Part shown: piece after piece, positions 27,405 to 37,293 of the stretch | Layout of the letters: every line of letters begins with the position of its first letter | Position numbering within the stretch: the first letter of the stretch is position 1 | Origin: Trueperaceae bacterium | GTDB taxonomy: Bacteria > Deinococcota > Deinococci > Deinococcales > Trueperaceae | Assembly (NCBI GenBank): GCA_965213925.1 | Contig: OZ243927.1 | Span: 4,416,001-4,480,000, forward strand | Length of the DNA stretch: 64,000 nucleotides | Direction: 5' to 3' | Translations under genes and position numbers: made by a program | Notes under the pieces: model-generated | Told to the model about the DNA's origin: nothing | Database searches by the model: none | Seen by the model: the letters and a program-made list of their open reading frames with translations, nothing else

Positions 27405-29772
27405 ACACCCCCACCCCCTCGAGCCCCTCCTCACCTCTTTAATCTCGAGGTCAGCCGATCACCCCCGCCGCACCCTCCTCATCCTCTCTTTTATCACCCT
27501 CCTCTTAGGCGCAGGACTTTTCAACCTCCGCTTCGAGACAGGACTACTCGACTGGCTCCCCGCCTCAAACCCGGACGTGCAAGCCTTTGACCGCGTGGTC
27601 GAAGAGGTGGACAGCATCACGAATCAGGAGTTGTTGAGGCTCGAGCTAGACCCCCAAAAAGCCGCGCAAGCGGACGTCTCTTCTATCACCGATGAGAGGG
27701 CGATTCGCGCTCAGGAGGAGTTGGCGGGCTTCGTGCAGGAGCGCGTGCCGCAAGTCAGCCACGTCATCGGGCTACCGCTTTGGGTCAAGCTGGCGAACTA
27801 CACCTCTTCGGGGGCGGAGCCGGGCGCTTTTGCGCTGCCGGAAAATTCGGCGGAATTCGCGCTCTATTGGCGCGGCATCGCGGCGACGCAGGAAGAACTG
27901 CTGCGAATCACCGTATCCGAAGACCAGCAGACGGCGCTCCTCAACTTCGTGATTGAGGGGGACCCGCTGGCGGCGGGCTCGAGGCAAGTCGGCGCAAATT
28001 TTACTCGAGCATTAGAAGAATATGCGAACTGGGAGGGCAAGAGGTTTGACGTGTTGGAAACGGACGGGCTCACCCCCGTCGGTCTCGCCTCGGGCATCGG
28101 TAATATCGACCGGATTCTGAGCCGTGACCTCCTCCTACTCGCGCCGCTCGCATGTCTCCTACTCATAGCTTTTTTATTTCTCGCCTTTCGGGATTTTAAG
28201 GATACGTTAGCCGCGCTTACCTTGCTCCTCACTGCGCTCGTCTGGACCTTTGGCACGGTGGGCTGGCTCGGGATTCCCCTCAACATCGTCAACGTGACGC
28301 TCTTTCCGCTTGTCTTGGGCGTCGGGATTGACTATGCGATCCATATGTTGAATGCGTATGGCGATGTAAGAGGTCAAACTGGCATAGAGCAAGAGGTTGC
28401 GAAAGAGGTCGCGTCGCGCACGGGAATAGCACTCCTCATGGCGACGCTCATCACCGTGTCAGGATTGCTCGCGTTGACCTTATCGGGCGTGCCGGGCATG
28501 GTGGGGCTGGGCATCTTCGCGGCGCTCAGCATGGTGTTTTTGTTGACGTTAGCGCTCACACTCTTGCCCGCGCTGAAAGCACTTTTGCCTGCTCGTGATA
28601 CTCGAGCCTCCCAGAACATCGCCCTCGCCAACCTCATGAACTTTCTCGGCAAGAGGTGGCAGCTTACCGCAGCGATTCTCACCGCTTTAACTCTACTTTC
28701 CCTCTTAGGACTCGGTGACACGACGTATCAGACCGACGCCATTCAGGGGAACTATCCGGCTGATGACCCTTTCGTTCGCGCCACCGAGCAGATCGCTTCG
28801 GGAACAGGCGGCGCGTTTCCCGAGTTCGTCATCTTTCAAGGCGACCTCACGACGCTTGAGTTCCTGGCGTACACACGGGCGTTAGAGGCAGCGTTGCGCT
28901 CTGAGACAGGACTCGGTGCGGGAACGACGGTGGTCGGACCGACTCGCCTACTCGGAAGTTACGAAGTTTTGAAAGGTGGCGTCGCGCCCGCGTTGCGGCG
29001 TTATCTGGCGAACGGCGGCTCGTTGGAGCAGGCTGCGCCGACGGACGATGAAGCCATCCAAACTGCTTACGAGGAGATGCACGAGAGCGTCGCTTGGGCT
29101 CCGCTGATTCAACTGGTCTCGAGCCCCACCCTTAACACGGGCATCCTCATCGTCGTGCCGAATGCCGCGACCTCTTTGGAAGAGGTGCAGGAACTTAGGA
29201 GGGGGCTCGAAAACGCAGTCGCCATGACCGCCGAAAAAAAACCGCCCAACGTCGAAACGAACATTTTAGGCTACCGCACCCTCACCGCCCTCTTTATCCA
29301 GACGAGCCTCTTCTGGATGCGCGTGCTCTTCTTCGTCGCGCTCGCCGCCGCCGTTCTTCTCGTTTGGCTCTTTACAAGGAGTTGGCGAGCCGTTCTCGCG
29401 GTGAGCCTCGTCATGACGGTGTCCGGGGTGTGGTGGCTGGCGCTCTTGTCGGTCTTCGACATCTACATCTCGATCTTCTTGATCTTTCCGCTCGTCTTTA
29501 TGGTGAGCGCGGGTTCGGACTACGCGGTGCATCTGGTGTGGGGCTTAGAGGTCCGAGCCAGGGAGCGGACGGGTGGGGCGGAAGAGGTCTACGCGACGGT
29601 AGGAAAAGCGGTGCTCTATTCGGCACTTACGAGCGCGGCGGTCTTCGGCGTGTTCGTCCCGGTGTACCTCGTCAGCGTCTCGCAAGTGATGTTAGCGGTC
29701 GTGCTCGTGGTGGCAACGACGCTCCTTTGCACAGTCCTCAGCGTGCCACTAGTGATAAGGCGTTCGTCTTAG
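27397..29772 (+). CDS. MMPL/RND-family transporter
   Basis: Two repeats of TM + large loop + 5 TM; LGVGIDYAIH and AGSDYAVH motifs. Confidence 0.88.
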   Translation: MGEHPHPLEPLLTSLISRSADHPRRTLLILSFITLLLGAGLFNLRFETGLLDWLPASNPDVQAFDRVVEEVDSITNQELLRLELDPQKAAQADVSSITDERAIRAQEELAGFVQERVPQVSHVIGLPLWVKLANYTSSGAEPGAFALPENSAEFALYWRGIAATQEELLRITVSEDQQTALLNFVIEGDPLAAGSRQVGANFTRALEEYANWEGKRFDVLETDGLTPVGLASGIGNIDRILSRDLLLLAPLACLLLIAFLFLAFRDFKDTLAALTLLLTALVWTFGTVGWLGIPLNIVNVTLFPLVLGVGIDYAIHMLNAYGDVRGQTGIEQEVAKEVASRTGIALLMATLITVSGLLALTLSGVPGMVGLGIFAALSMVFLLTLALTLLPALKALLPARDTRASQNIALANLMNFLGKRWQLTAAILTALTLLSLLGLGDTTYQTDAIQGNYPADDPFVRATEQIASGTGGAFPEFVIFQGDLTTLEFLAYTRALEAALRSETGLGAGTTVVGPTRLLGSYEVLKGGVAPALRRYLANGGSLEQAAPTDDEAIQTAYEEMHESVAWAPLIQLVSSPTLNTGILIVVPNAATSLEEVQELRRGLENAVAMTAEKKPPNVETNILGYRTLTALFIQTSLFWMRVLFFVALAAAVLLVWLFTRSWRAVLAVSLVMTVSGVWWLALLSVFDIYISIFLIFPLVFMVSAGSDYAVHLVWGLEVRARERTGGAEEVYATVGKAVLYSALTSAAVFGVFVPVYLVSVSQVMLAVVLVVATTLLCTVLSVPLVIRRSS

Positions 29773-29859
29773 CGTGAGATTCAACCTCTTTCGCGCAAAA
29801 GGTTTCAGTCTTGGAATTTTAGGTGAGACTCGGTAAGGTAACGATATGGGAAACGCAAG

Positions 29860-30903
29860 ATGAAGGTGCTGGTGTTGCTTCTACTCCTCTTCACGCCTGC
29901 GTTCGCGCAGCCGCTGCGCGTGGGCATCAAGGAGGCTCCGCCCTTTATTATCGGGGAGAGCGAACCCTACACGGGCATCAGCATCGACTTGTGGGGAGAA
30001 CTCGCTCAGCGCTTAGACTTAGAGTACACCTTAGAAACTCGAGACTTAGAAGGGCTCCTCGCAGGCGTCGAGGACGGGTCTTTGGACGTGGCGATTGCCG
30101 CGATTACGGTCAACGCGCCTAGAGAGGAGCGCTTCGACTTTTCCCACCCGTATTACCAAACGGGCTTGGGCATCTTGACAAGGCCCGAGGGGCAGAGCGG
30201 TATCTTGACGATGGTCCGCCGTTTGTTAGCACCCGAGACGCTTTTTTTGATCGGCTCGCTCTGCACGCTTTTACTCGTCGCGGGTCTTGCAGTCTGGCTG
30301 TTCGAGCGCAAGGCGAACCCCGAGCAGTTCGACTCTCACGCGCTTAAAGGGCTGGGTGAAGGCTTCTGGTGGTCGGCGGTGACGATGACGACGGTGGGCT
30401 ACGGCGACAAAGCGCCGCAGACCTTGGGCGGGCGCATCGTGGCGCTCATCTGGATGTTCGCGTCGTTCATTATCTTATCGAGTTTCGTCGCGAATCTCAC
30501 CTCGAGGGTGACTTTAGAGGGTTTAGAGTCCTCCATCGAAGGTCCGCGCGACCTCTACGACGCCGAAGTCGCCACGCTTGAAAGCTCGACGAGCGAGCGC
30601 TACTTGCAGCGGGAGCAGATCGAGCATCAGACCTATCCGAGCGTCGAAGCCGGCATCGAAGCGATGCTCCGAGATGAAACGGACGCCGTCGTCCACGACG
30701 CGCCGCTGCTGCGCTACTTGGCGGTGAATAGGTTTCAGGGGCGGGTGCGGCTCGTGCGCTCGGAATTCGAACCGCAGCGCTACGGGGTCGCCCTGAGTGA
30801 AGGAAGCTCGCTCCGCGAGCCCATCAACCGCGAACTGCTGAGCATCCTCAACAGTACGGTCTGGGACGCGATTCTCGAGCGCTACCTAGGCAGGGACGAT
30901 TAA
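29860..30903 (+). CDS. GluR0-like ligand-gated K+ channel (SBP family 3 domain split by a pore)
   Basis: Signal peptide, S1 (GISIDLW, REERFDFSHPY), TM1, pore WWSAVTMTTVGYGD, TM2, S2. Confidence 0.9.
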   Translation: MKVLVLLLLLFTPAFAQPLRVGIKEAPPFIIGESEPYTGISIDLWGELAQRLDLEYTLETRDLEGLLAGVEDGSLDVAIAAITVNAPREERFDFSHPYYQTGLGILTRPEGQSGILTMVRRLLAPETLFLIGSLCTLLLVAGLAVWLFERKANPEQFDSHALKGLGEGFWWSAVTMTTVGYGDKAPQTLGGRIVALIWMFASFIILSSFVANLTSRVTLEGLESSIEGPRDLYDAEVATLESSTSERYLQREQIEHQTYPSVEAGIEAMLRDETDAVVHDAPLLRYLAVNRFQGRVRLVRSEFEPQRYGVALSEGSSLREPINRELLSILNSTVWDAILERYLGRDD

Positions 30904-31921
30904 CGCGGCGCTCCGAATTCTACTTTTGTTCGCGCTCTGCTCGCTCGCTTGGGGGCAGAACCTCGAGCAGGTCGAAACGTACCTCGAGCAAACCAATCCG
31001 CGACGAGGTGACGTGCGCATCGTGGTTTTAAGCGACTTTAATGGCGCTTACGGCTCGCTTAGCTACGACCCACAAGTCGGGAGAGTTTTAGACGCCATCA
31101 CTCAGACCTGGCAGCCCGACCTCTTGCTCTCGGCGGGTGACGTGATCGGCGGGCAAAACACCTCTTTGCCGGAGGAGCGGTTTGCGCAGATGTGGGAAGC
31201 GTTCGACGCGCAGGTTGCTACACCTCTTCGCGCCGCGAACATTCCCTACGCCTTCACAATAGGCAACCACGACGGCTCGAGCCTCCGCGACAAAGATGGT
31301 TTTGTATTTCAAAAGGAACGAGACGCCGCCCGCGCATACTGGAACAGACCTCTTCATAAAGCGAATCTTCCTTACCAAAACCGAGAAGATTTCCCGTTCA
31401 ACTACAGTTTTATCTTTGGAGAGCTTTTCGTGATCGTGTGGGACGCCTCGAGCGCTCGCATTGCAGAGGAGCAAAGAGGTTGGGTAGCGCGGGAACTCTC
31501 GAGCCCGGCGGCGAAGAATGCGGAGCTTCGCGTGCTGCTAGGACATCTACCCTTTTACGGCGTGAGCGAAGCGAAGAACGAGCCGGGCGAGGTTTTGGAG
31601 AACGGAGACGAGTTGAGGAGGTGGCTCGAATCACTCGGTCTCGACCTCTATATCAGCGGTCATCACGCGGCGTACTATCCTGCCAAAAAAGGCGAGGTGA
31701 CGCTGCTTCATTCGGGTGGCATCGGCGCGCGGCGGCTGTTGGGGAGCGAGGCGGAGCCCAGAAGTGCGGTGACCGTCGTGGACATTGACTTCGCAGCGAG
31801 TGTGACAATTCGTCTGACCACGTTTGACGCCACCACGTTCGAGGTGATCTCTCCCGAATCGCTACCGAGGCGGCTCGAGGGATTGAACGGTTCCTTAATC
31901 CGCCTCGACTTAGCGCCGTAA
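30899..31921 (+). CDS. Exported calcineurin-like metallophosphoesterase; start probably ATT 30899, alternative TTG 30926
   Basis: SDFN, AGD, GNHD, GHLP, SGHH motifs; signal peptide INAALRILLLFALCSLAWG|Q. Confidence 0.85.
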   Translation: MNAALRILLLFALCSLAWGQNLEQVETYLEQTNPRRGDVRIVVLSDFNGAYGSLSYDPQVGRVLDAITQTWQPDLLLSAGDVIGGQNTSLPEERFAQMWEAFDAQVATPLRAANIPYAFTIGNHDGSSLRDKDGFVFQKERDAARAYWNRPLHKANLPYQNREDFPFNYSFIFGELFVIVWDASSARIAEEQRGWVARELSSPAAKNAELRVLLGHLPFYGVSEAKNEPGEVLENGDELRRWLESLGLDLYISGHHAAYYPAKKGEVTLLHSGGIGARRLLGSEAEPRSAVTVVDIDFAASVTIRLTTFDATTFEVISPESLPRRLEGLNGSLIRLDLAP

Positions 31922-31967
31922 AGCTCACCTCCCGCCAGCTTTCCGCCGACCTCTTGAAGAGGAGAAT

Positions 31968-33539
31968 CTAGCGTAAATCTTGTTTGCGCGTCGGACCTAA
32001 CGCGATGTTGGGCTTAGGGCGTGACCGCTGCGTTTCACCGTAGCCGTAGCCGTAGTGCGCCGAAGCGCGTCCCACTTGCGTGACGACTGCACCTAAAACG
32101 CGCACGCCGATATTTTGCAAGCGCTCCGCTGCAACCTGTAAGCTGCGGCGGTCTGTTCCCGCTAGGCTCGCGACGAGCACCGTGCCCGTGCAAAAGGGCG
32201 CGATGGTCAAGGAGTCGGCGACGGGCAAGAGCGGCGCGGAGTCGATGACGATGACGTCGTAATGCTTACGCCAGCACTCTAAACAGGCGCGGACGCCGCT
32301 GCTGAGGAGTTCTGGCGCAGCAGAAGTCGGCTCGAAGGTGGGGATGACCTCTAGGTTCTGGGTCTGGTTGATGGCGACGTGGGTGGTCTCGGCGGTGACG
32401 TCCAGCTCGGGGTTTCGCAGAAAGTCCGCGAGCTGCTTGCGGCTCCCCGGCGCGATGCGGTACTCGTCGGCGACGTCGGGCTTGCGCATGTCGGCGTCGA
32501 CGAGCAGCGTACGGTAGTCGTTGCGGGCGAAGCTCTCGGCTAAGTTCAAGGCGACGCTCGACTTGCCCTCGGCTCCTTTGGCGCTCGAGATGAGAAAGAC
32601 TTTCGGTCCCTCCTGCGCGGCGAAGAGCAAATTGGTGCGCAAAAAGCTCATCGCTTCGGGCGACAAGCGGCGGCTCTTCGACACCTTGGGTACCTCCGCC
32701 AAAATGCTCAGCCCGAGCGCCGCCACGTCTTCGACCCGGCGCAAGCGGCTGTCGAGCGCGTTGCGCAGGAGCAGCACGCCGTAGACGATAAATATACCCA
32801 AGATAGCGGCTAAGGCGGCGTTGCGCACGGGGTTAGGCGCAGCGGGGCGCGGCGGGACGGTCGCAGGCTCGACGATAGTGAGAAGCCCCGTCGTCGAATT
32901 TTTAAGCGCCCGCGCGTAGAAAAGCTCCTCTTGCTGCTGCGCCCGCAGCGCCATGCGGCTCTCGATCTCGTTCTGGTTGCCCACGTCGCCCATGAGCCTA
33001 AGCGATTCGATGGAGTCGTCTAACGCTTCTATTTGTCCCTCTAGGGTGCTGATGTGCTGCGTGATATTCGCGCTCGCGCGCTCGCGGTCCCACGCGACGA
33101 GCGCTTGCGCCACCGCGTCGGAGTAGACGGCGGCATTTTCGCCCGTGGGGGCGGCGGCGGTGAGGTAGATGAGGCTCGAGACGTCGTCGCGCCCGCCATC
33201 AATTTCGATGAGCAATTCCTTGCGGAGCGCCGAAAGGTCACTCCGGCTCGGGTTCATCTGACCGAACTGCGCGTAGGCGCTCTCGATGACTGGATTGCTC
33301 AGGATGATCGTCTGGTAGGTGCTGTGCTCGATGGGGGGCGGCGTCAGCACCCGGTCCGAACTTGCCGAACTGGACTCGGCGGCTAAGATGGTCGTGGTTG
33401 CTTCGTAGACGGGCTCGAGCTGTTGGCTCAAGAAAAACGCCGCCGCTGCTAAGAGGAGCGCGATGGGCAGGGCGACTAAAAGCCCTCTAAAGACGAAGCG
33501 GAACAGCTCGCCGATACTCGCTTGGGATTCTTCGTTCAT
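31968..33539 (-). CDS. Polysaccharide co-polymerase / tyrosine autokinase (Wzc-like)
   Basis: Two TM, PVYEAT, Walker A SAKGAEGKS, DADMRKP, VIDSAP, Tyr cluster HYGYGY. Confidence 0.9.
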   Translation of the reverse strand: MNEESQASIGELFRFVFRGLLVALPIALLLAAAAFFLSQQLEPVYEATTTILAAESSSASSDRVLTPPPIEHSTYQTIILSNPVIESAYAQFGQMNPSRSDLSALRKELLIEIDGGRDDVSSLIYLTAAAPTGENAAVYSDAVAQALVAWDRERASANITQHISTLEGQIEALDDSIESLRLMGDVGNQNEIESRMALRAQQQEELFYARALKNSTTGLLTIVEPATVPPRPAAPNPVRNAALAAILGIFIVYGVLLLRNALDSRLRRVEDVAALGLSILAEVPKVSKSRRLSPEAMSFLRTNLLFAAQEGPKVFLISSAKGAEGKSSVALNLAESFARNDYRTLLVDADMRKPDVADEYRIAPGSRKQLADFLRNPELDVTAETTHVAINQTQNLEVIPTFEPTSAAPELLSSGVRACLECWRKHYDVIVIDSAPLLPVADSLTIAPFCTGTVLVASLAGTDRRSLQVAAERLQNIGVRVLGAVVTQVGRASAHYGYGYGETQRSRPKPNIALGPTRKQDLR

Positions 33540-33687
33540 CTTGCGCTCTTTTCTTTGGGAGTTAGGTCGTTCGGAGCTGGAGTGGTCAAACAGCTAGGTA
33601 AAGTCACGTTATCCACCGAGTCAGACGGACTAGGTAGCGTGTAACTCGGCAGAAGCGGTGTAGGAAATTCGTCACAACCGACACGTC

Positions 33688-34896
33688 TCATCTCGCCTCA
33701 ACTCCATGAGGGGTCGTTCGCCTGGCGTCGGTAGGCTCAGCAACCTCAGCCAGACACGCTGACACGGAGTCTACCATCGCCTGCAAGGAGAAGTGCGCCT
33801 GCGCCCCTACGCGCCCCCGCGCGGCTAACCGTTCGGCTTCCTCGGGCTGCTCGAGCAGCGAGGCGAGCGCCCTGGAGAGCGCCCTGGCGTCGCCGGGCTC
33901 GACTAAAACGCCTCTGTCCGCGCCGACGATCTCGCGCGCGCCGCCCGCGTTCGAAGCCACTACCGGGCGACCCGCCAACATCCCCTCGACGATAACCCGG
34001 CCGAAGGGTTCGGGCGCGGTCGAGGTGTGCGCGACCACGCTCGAGAGCTTCATCAGCGCGGGCACGTCGCGCCGAAAGCCCAAAAAGTGAACGCGCGCGG
34101 AGAGCCCTAGCGCTTTCGCGCGCGCCTTCAGCCTCTGCGCGTACGCCGCTTCGCCGAAGAGCGCCTCGCCGACGAAGAGCGCGTGGACGTCACCGAGATG
34201 AGGGGGCAGGTGAGGCAGCGCCTCTAACAGAACGTGCTGCCCCTTCCAGGGTGACAAGCGGCTAAAAACACTCACGACGGGCGCGTCGCCTAGCCCCAAA
34301 GTTTGGCGTAAGGTCGCGACCTCCGCCGCCGTCACCGCCTCAAAGGGCGCAGGGTCGATGCCGTTATGGACCACGCGAACCGGCGCGCGCCCGCCTGCGG
34401 CTGCGAACGCCTCGGCGGTCGCTTGCGAGTTGGCGATGACCTGCGCGGTGAGGTGATTCGCGAGCGCCACGACGAGGCGGCGGTTGGTGCGGCTGAAGTG
34501 CTCCGCAGTCAGGATGTCGTGCAAGCACCACACGACAGGCCGCCGCGATATCTTGCCCGCCAACGCCGCCACGACAAAGGCTTTTTGAGAGTTGGCGAAG
34601 ATGAGGTCGAAGCCTTTCGCCGCCCTCGCGACCTGAGCGACAAGGCGCAGCAGACCCGGAACCGCGCGGAAAGCGCCGCCGCCCCTATCCTCCCTCGAGA
34701 CTCCCGTCACCGCGCTAGGGGTCTGAAGAACCTGGACGTCTACGCCCGCCTCAGCCAACCGCTCACGAAACGGACCGTCCGAGAAGAGCATCACTTTGCT
34801 GCCCGCGTGACGCGCCGCATCGTGCTTCGCGAGGTCGAGCAAGTAGAGTTCCGCCCCGCCTAAGACGCCTGCGTGGTCCAAAAAGAGCACCCTCAT
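33688..34896 (-). CDS. Glycosyltransferase family 4
   Basis: True start MRVLFLDHAGVLGGAE at 34896; RLSPWKGQ, EPFGRVIVEGM. Confidence 0.9.
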   Translation of the reverse strand: MRVLFLDHAGVLGGAELYLLDLAKHDAARHAGSKVMLFSDGPFRERLAEAGVDVQVLQTPSAVTGVSREDRGGGAFRAVPGLLRLVAQVARAAKGFDLIFANSQKAFVVAALAGKISRRPVVWCLHDILTAEHFSRTNRRLVVALANHLTAQVIANSQATAEAFAAAGGRAPVRVVHNGIDPAPFEAVTAAEVATLRQTLGLGDAPVVSVFSRLSPWKGQHVLLEALPHLPPHLGDVHALFVGEALFGEAAYAQRLKARAKALGLSARVHFLGFRRDVPALMKLSSVVAHTSTAPEPFGRVIVEGMLAGRPVVASNAGGAREIVGADRGVLVEPGDARALSRALASLLEQPEEAERLAARGRVGAQAHFSLQAMVDSVSACLAEVAEPTDARRTTPHGVEAR

Positions 34897-36341
34897 GCAG
34901 TTTTCCCAACGGCGCGCTTTGAGCGCTCGAACTCGTACGACGACAGCGTCAAACATAAGAAAAACCAGATGACCACGCCCATCACGCCGACCCAGGCGTT
35001 GCCGAAGGCGACCTGGCTGAGCCCCGCCACCGCGACGCTCAAGCAGGTCGTGCCGAACGCGCCCGAGCGCCTGAGGCGCGCCAGCGCGAGCGCGAAGAGC
35101 CAGCCGACGCCGCCCGCGTAGTAGAGCGTCCCGAGCGCGCCGAAGGCGTACGGCACCGCGATGACGCCGCTGTCTAGGTTGACCACGCCGCCCCGCGCGT
35201 TTAAGTCGGCGGCGACGCCCGTACTCCCCAGCCCCAGACCGAGCGGATGCCGGACGAGGAACGACGCCATGTCGGTATAGAGCGTCAGGCGGGCGCGGTA
35301 ACTCACGTCGCCCTGAACGTTGTCGAGCGACTCGAAGCGCGTGTTGACCGACTCGGCGATAGGTCCGAAGCGTAAAAGGGGCAGCGCCGCGACGCCGACC
35401 GCGACCAAGGTCAAGGCTAAGCGCGTGCGCTCGCGCGCCGGCAATTGCGCGGCGAGGACGAGCAGACCCACGACTAGCCCGCCCCAAGCGGAGCGCACCA
35501 GCGAGAGCATAAAGCTCGCGAAGCCGACCGCAGCCGCCCCCCAGCGGAGCACGCCGGGCGTGCGCAAGAGCAGCAGCAGCCCCGCCAGCATCACCACGGC
35601 GAACGGTCCCGGCGAGTTGAGCGTGCTGAAGACGCGCACCTCGAAGGGCTCGGGCGACCCGATGGAGCCCATGTCGGACTGGACCATCCAGTAGCTGTCC
35701 CACGCAGGCATGACCAGAAATTGGTAGAGCCCGTAAAGCCCCATGACCAGCACACCCCAGATGAAGGTGCGCTGGACCACGCGCCGCTGCGCCTCAAAGT
35801 GGTGCGGCGTAACGAGCAAGTACGCGCCTAAAACCACGGGCGCGAGCCAGTTGAGCAGGTCGAAGGTTGCGCCGAACACGCTGCCGAGCAGAACGCCGAT
35901 CCCGTAGCCGTACATGAGCCCCAGCAAGACGAGCGCGAAGGGCAGCCGGTAGCGCGGCGCGAAGCGGTGCAGGTTGAAAAATACCGGGAACGCCGCTAAG
36001 CACGAGACCAGAAAGGGCGCGACCATGACCAGGCTCGCCTCGGTGTAGCCCGTCTGGTTATCCACTAGGCGGCGCACCTCGGGGGTCAAGAACCAGAGCC
36101 ACCAGGTGTAGCCTAGGTAGCCCGCCGGACGCTGCCAGAGCCAGAGCGCGCCGACGCCCGTCGCCAGCACCGGGAACGCGAGTTGTAAAACGCTCGAGCC
36201 GCCCCCAACGACACCCAGCGCCGTAACGCCCACGAGCCCGATAAGGGACGCTATGGGCAGAGCCTCCAAATACACGTTACCGCCGCGACCACGCCCTGCG
36301 GGGGACCCGCCTTCGGCTCGAGCCCGGTACGCGCGTATCAC
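34893..36341 (-). CDS. Wzy / O-antigen ligase-like polysaccharide polymerase
   Basis: About 11 TM; RVFSTLNSPG, SLVRSAW, R...Y...PLGLGLG, DSG. Confidence 0.8.
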   Translation of the reverse strand: MIRAYRARAEGGSPAGRGRGGNVYLEALPIASLIGLVGVTALGVVGGGSSVLQLAFPVLATGVGALWLWQRPAGYLGYTWWLWFLTPEVRRLVDNQTGYTEASLVMVAPFLVSCLAAFPVFFNLHRFAPRYRLPFALVLLGLMYGYGIGVLLGSVFGATFDLLNWLAPVVLGAYLLVTPHHFEAQRRVVQRTFIWGVLVMGLYGLYQFLVMPAWDSYWMVQSDMGSIGSPEPFEVRVFSTLNSPGPFAVVMLAGLLLLLRTPGVLRWGAAAVGFASFMLSLVRSAWGGLVVGLLVLAAQLPARERTRLALTLVAVGVAALPLLRFGPIAESVNTRFESLDNVQGDVSYRARLTLYTDMASFLVRHPLGLGLGSTGVAADLNARGGVVNLDSGVIAVPYAFGALGTLYYAGGVGWLFALALARLRRSGAFGTTCLSVAVAGLSQVAFGNAWVGVMGVVIWFFLCLTLSSYEFERSKRAVGKTA

Positions 36342-37204
36342 CGGTTCGCCTCCGCGGGTGCTGTAGCGTCTATCGGTGCGTCTTTGTAGGTATCCTCTTT
36401 ACAGGTGTCCTCCGGCGCGTAGAGCGCGGGCGGGTGAGGAGTGCGCGCCGCGTTCTGCCGCTCCCACAGCTTGGCGTAGCGGATAAAGTCGCTCGTCGCC
36501 TTGAGCAGCGAATGCATGAGCCCGCGCGTTCCCAAGCGAAAGCCCCCTCTGGCGACGTAGCTCCACAAAAAGCGCAGCACGGGCTTCACGGCGATGTCCG
36601 CCGCCGTCGCCCGCTTCCCCAAACGGTCGAGTTCAGCGGCTTCTAGGGTCGCGTAGCGGTTGAACAGCCCGACGAACTCGTCCACCGTATGCCCGTTCCA
36701 GTGGAGCAACACCCCCTCGACCGGAATGGACACGCCGGGAAAGCGCACCTCTTCGTGCACGTTCATCGCCGTGTCATAAGCGCTCTCCTTGCGGTTATAG
36801 AGCCGCACGAAGCTTCGCCTCTTGCTAGGTCGCGACTCGTTCGGCAGCAAGACGCCCAAAAAGTCGCCGCGGCGGTCTAAGGCGTAGGCGTTACGGGCGT
36901 CCAGCGGTCCGCGCAGCACCTCCTGCAAGGACGCGGACAGCTCCGGCGTAGCGACCTCGTCCGCGTCCAAAAAGAGCACCCAGTCGTGCTGAGCCAGCGC
37001 CGCCCCCCGGTTGCGCTGCTTCGAAAAACCGAGCCAAGGCTGCTCGAACACGTTCGCGCCCAAAGACGCCGCGATCTCCTTTGTATCGTCCGAGCTGCCC
37101 GAGTCGATGACGAGCACCTCGTCCGCCCAGCGCACGCTGCGGATGCAGCGCCCGATGAACTGCGCTTCGTTCTTCGTCATGATTACGACGCTGAGAGGGG
37201 TCAT
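36338..37204 (-). CDS. Glycosyltransferase family 2 (WaaE/KdtX-like)
   Basis: SVVIMTKNE, DSGSSDDT, WLGFSKQRN, LDADE, VHE. Confidence 0.9.
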   Translation of the reverse strand: MTPLSVVIMTKNEAQFIGRCIRSVRWADEVLVIDSGSSDDTKEIAASLGANVFEQPWLGFSKQRNRGAALAQHDWVLFLDADEVATPELSASLQEVLRGPLDARNAYALDRRGDFLGVLLPNESRPSKRRSFVRLYNRKESAYDTAMNVHEEVRFPGVSIPVEGVLLHWNGHTVDEFVGLFNRYATLEAAELDRLGKRATAADIAVKPVLRFLWSYVARGGFRLGTRGLMHSLLKATSDFIRYAKLWERQNAARTPHPPALYAPEDTCKEDTYKDAPIDATAPAEANR

Positions 37205-37293
37205 ATCAACCTCTTTTGACCGCACGGTTGGTCCACAAGATTAAAGTCACTGACCGAGATGCCACAGATGGCGATGTCGCTGACACGAAGCTC

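Noticed and set aside
33631..33642. ops-like element (AGGTAGCGTG) near the wzc-like gene
   Set aside because: Incomplete match and on the wrong strand for the operon
34897..35703. N-terminal 269 aa of the 671-aa ORF 33688..35703
   Set aside because: Arg-rich alternate frame inside the wzy-like gene; GT4 motifs begin at ATG 34896
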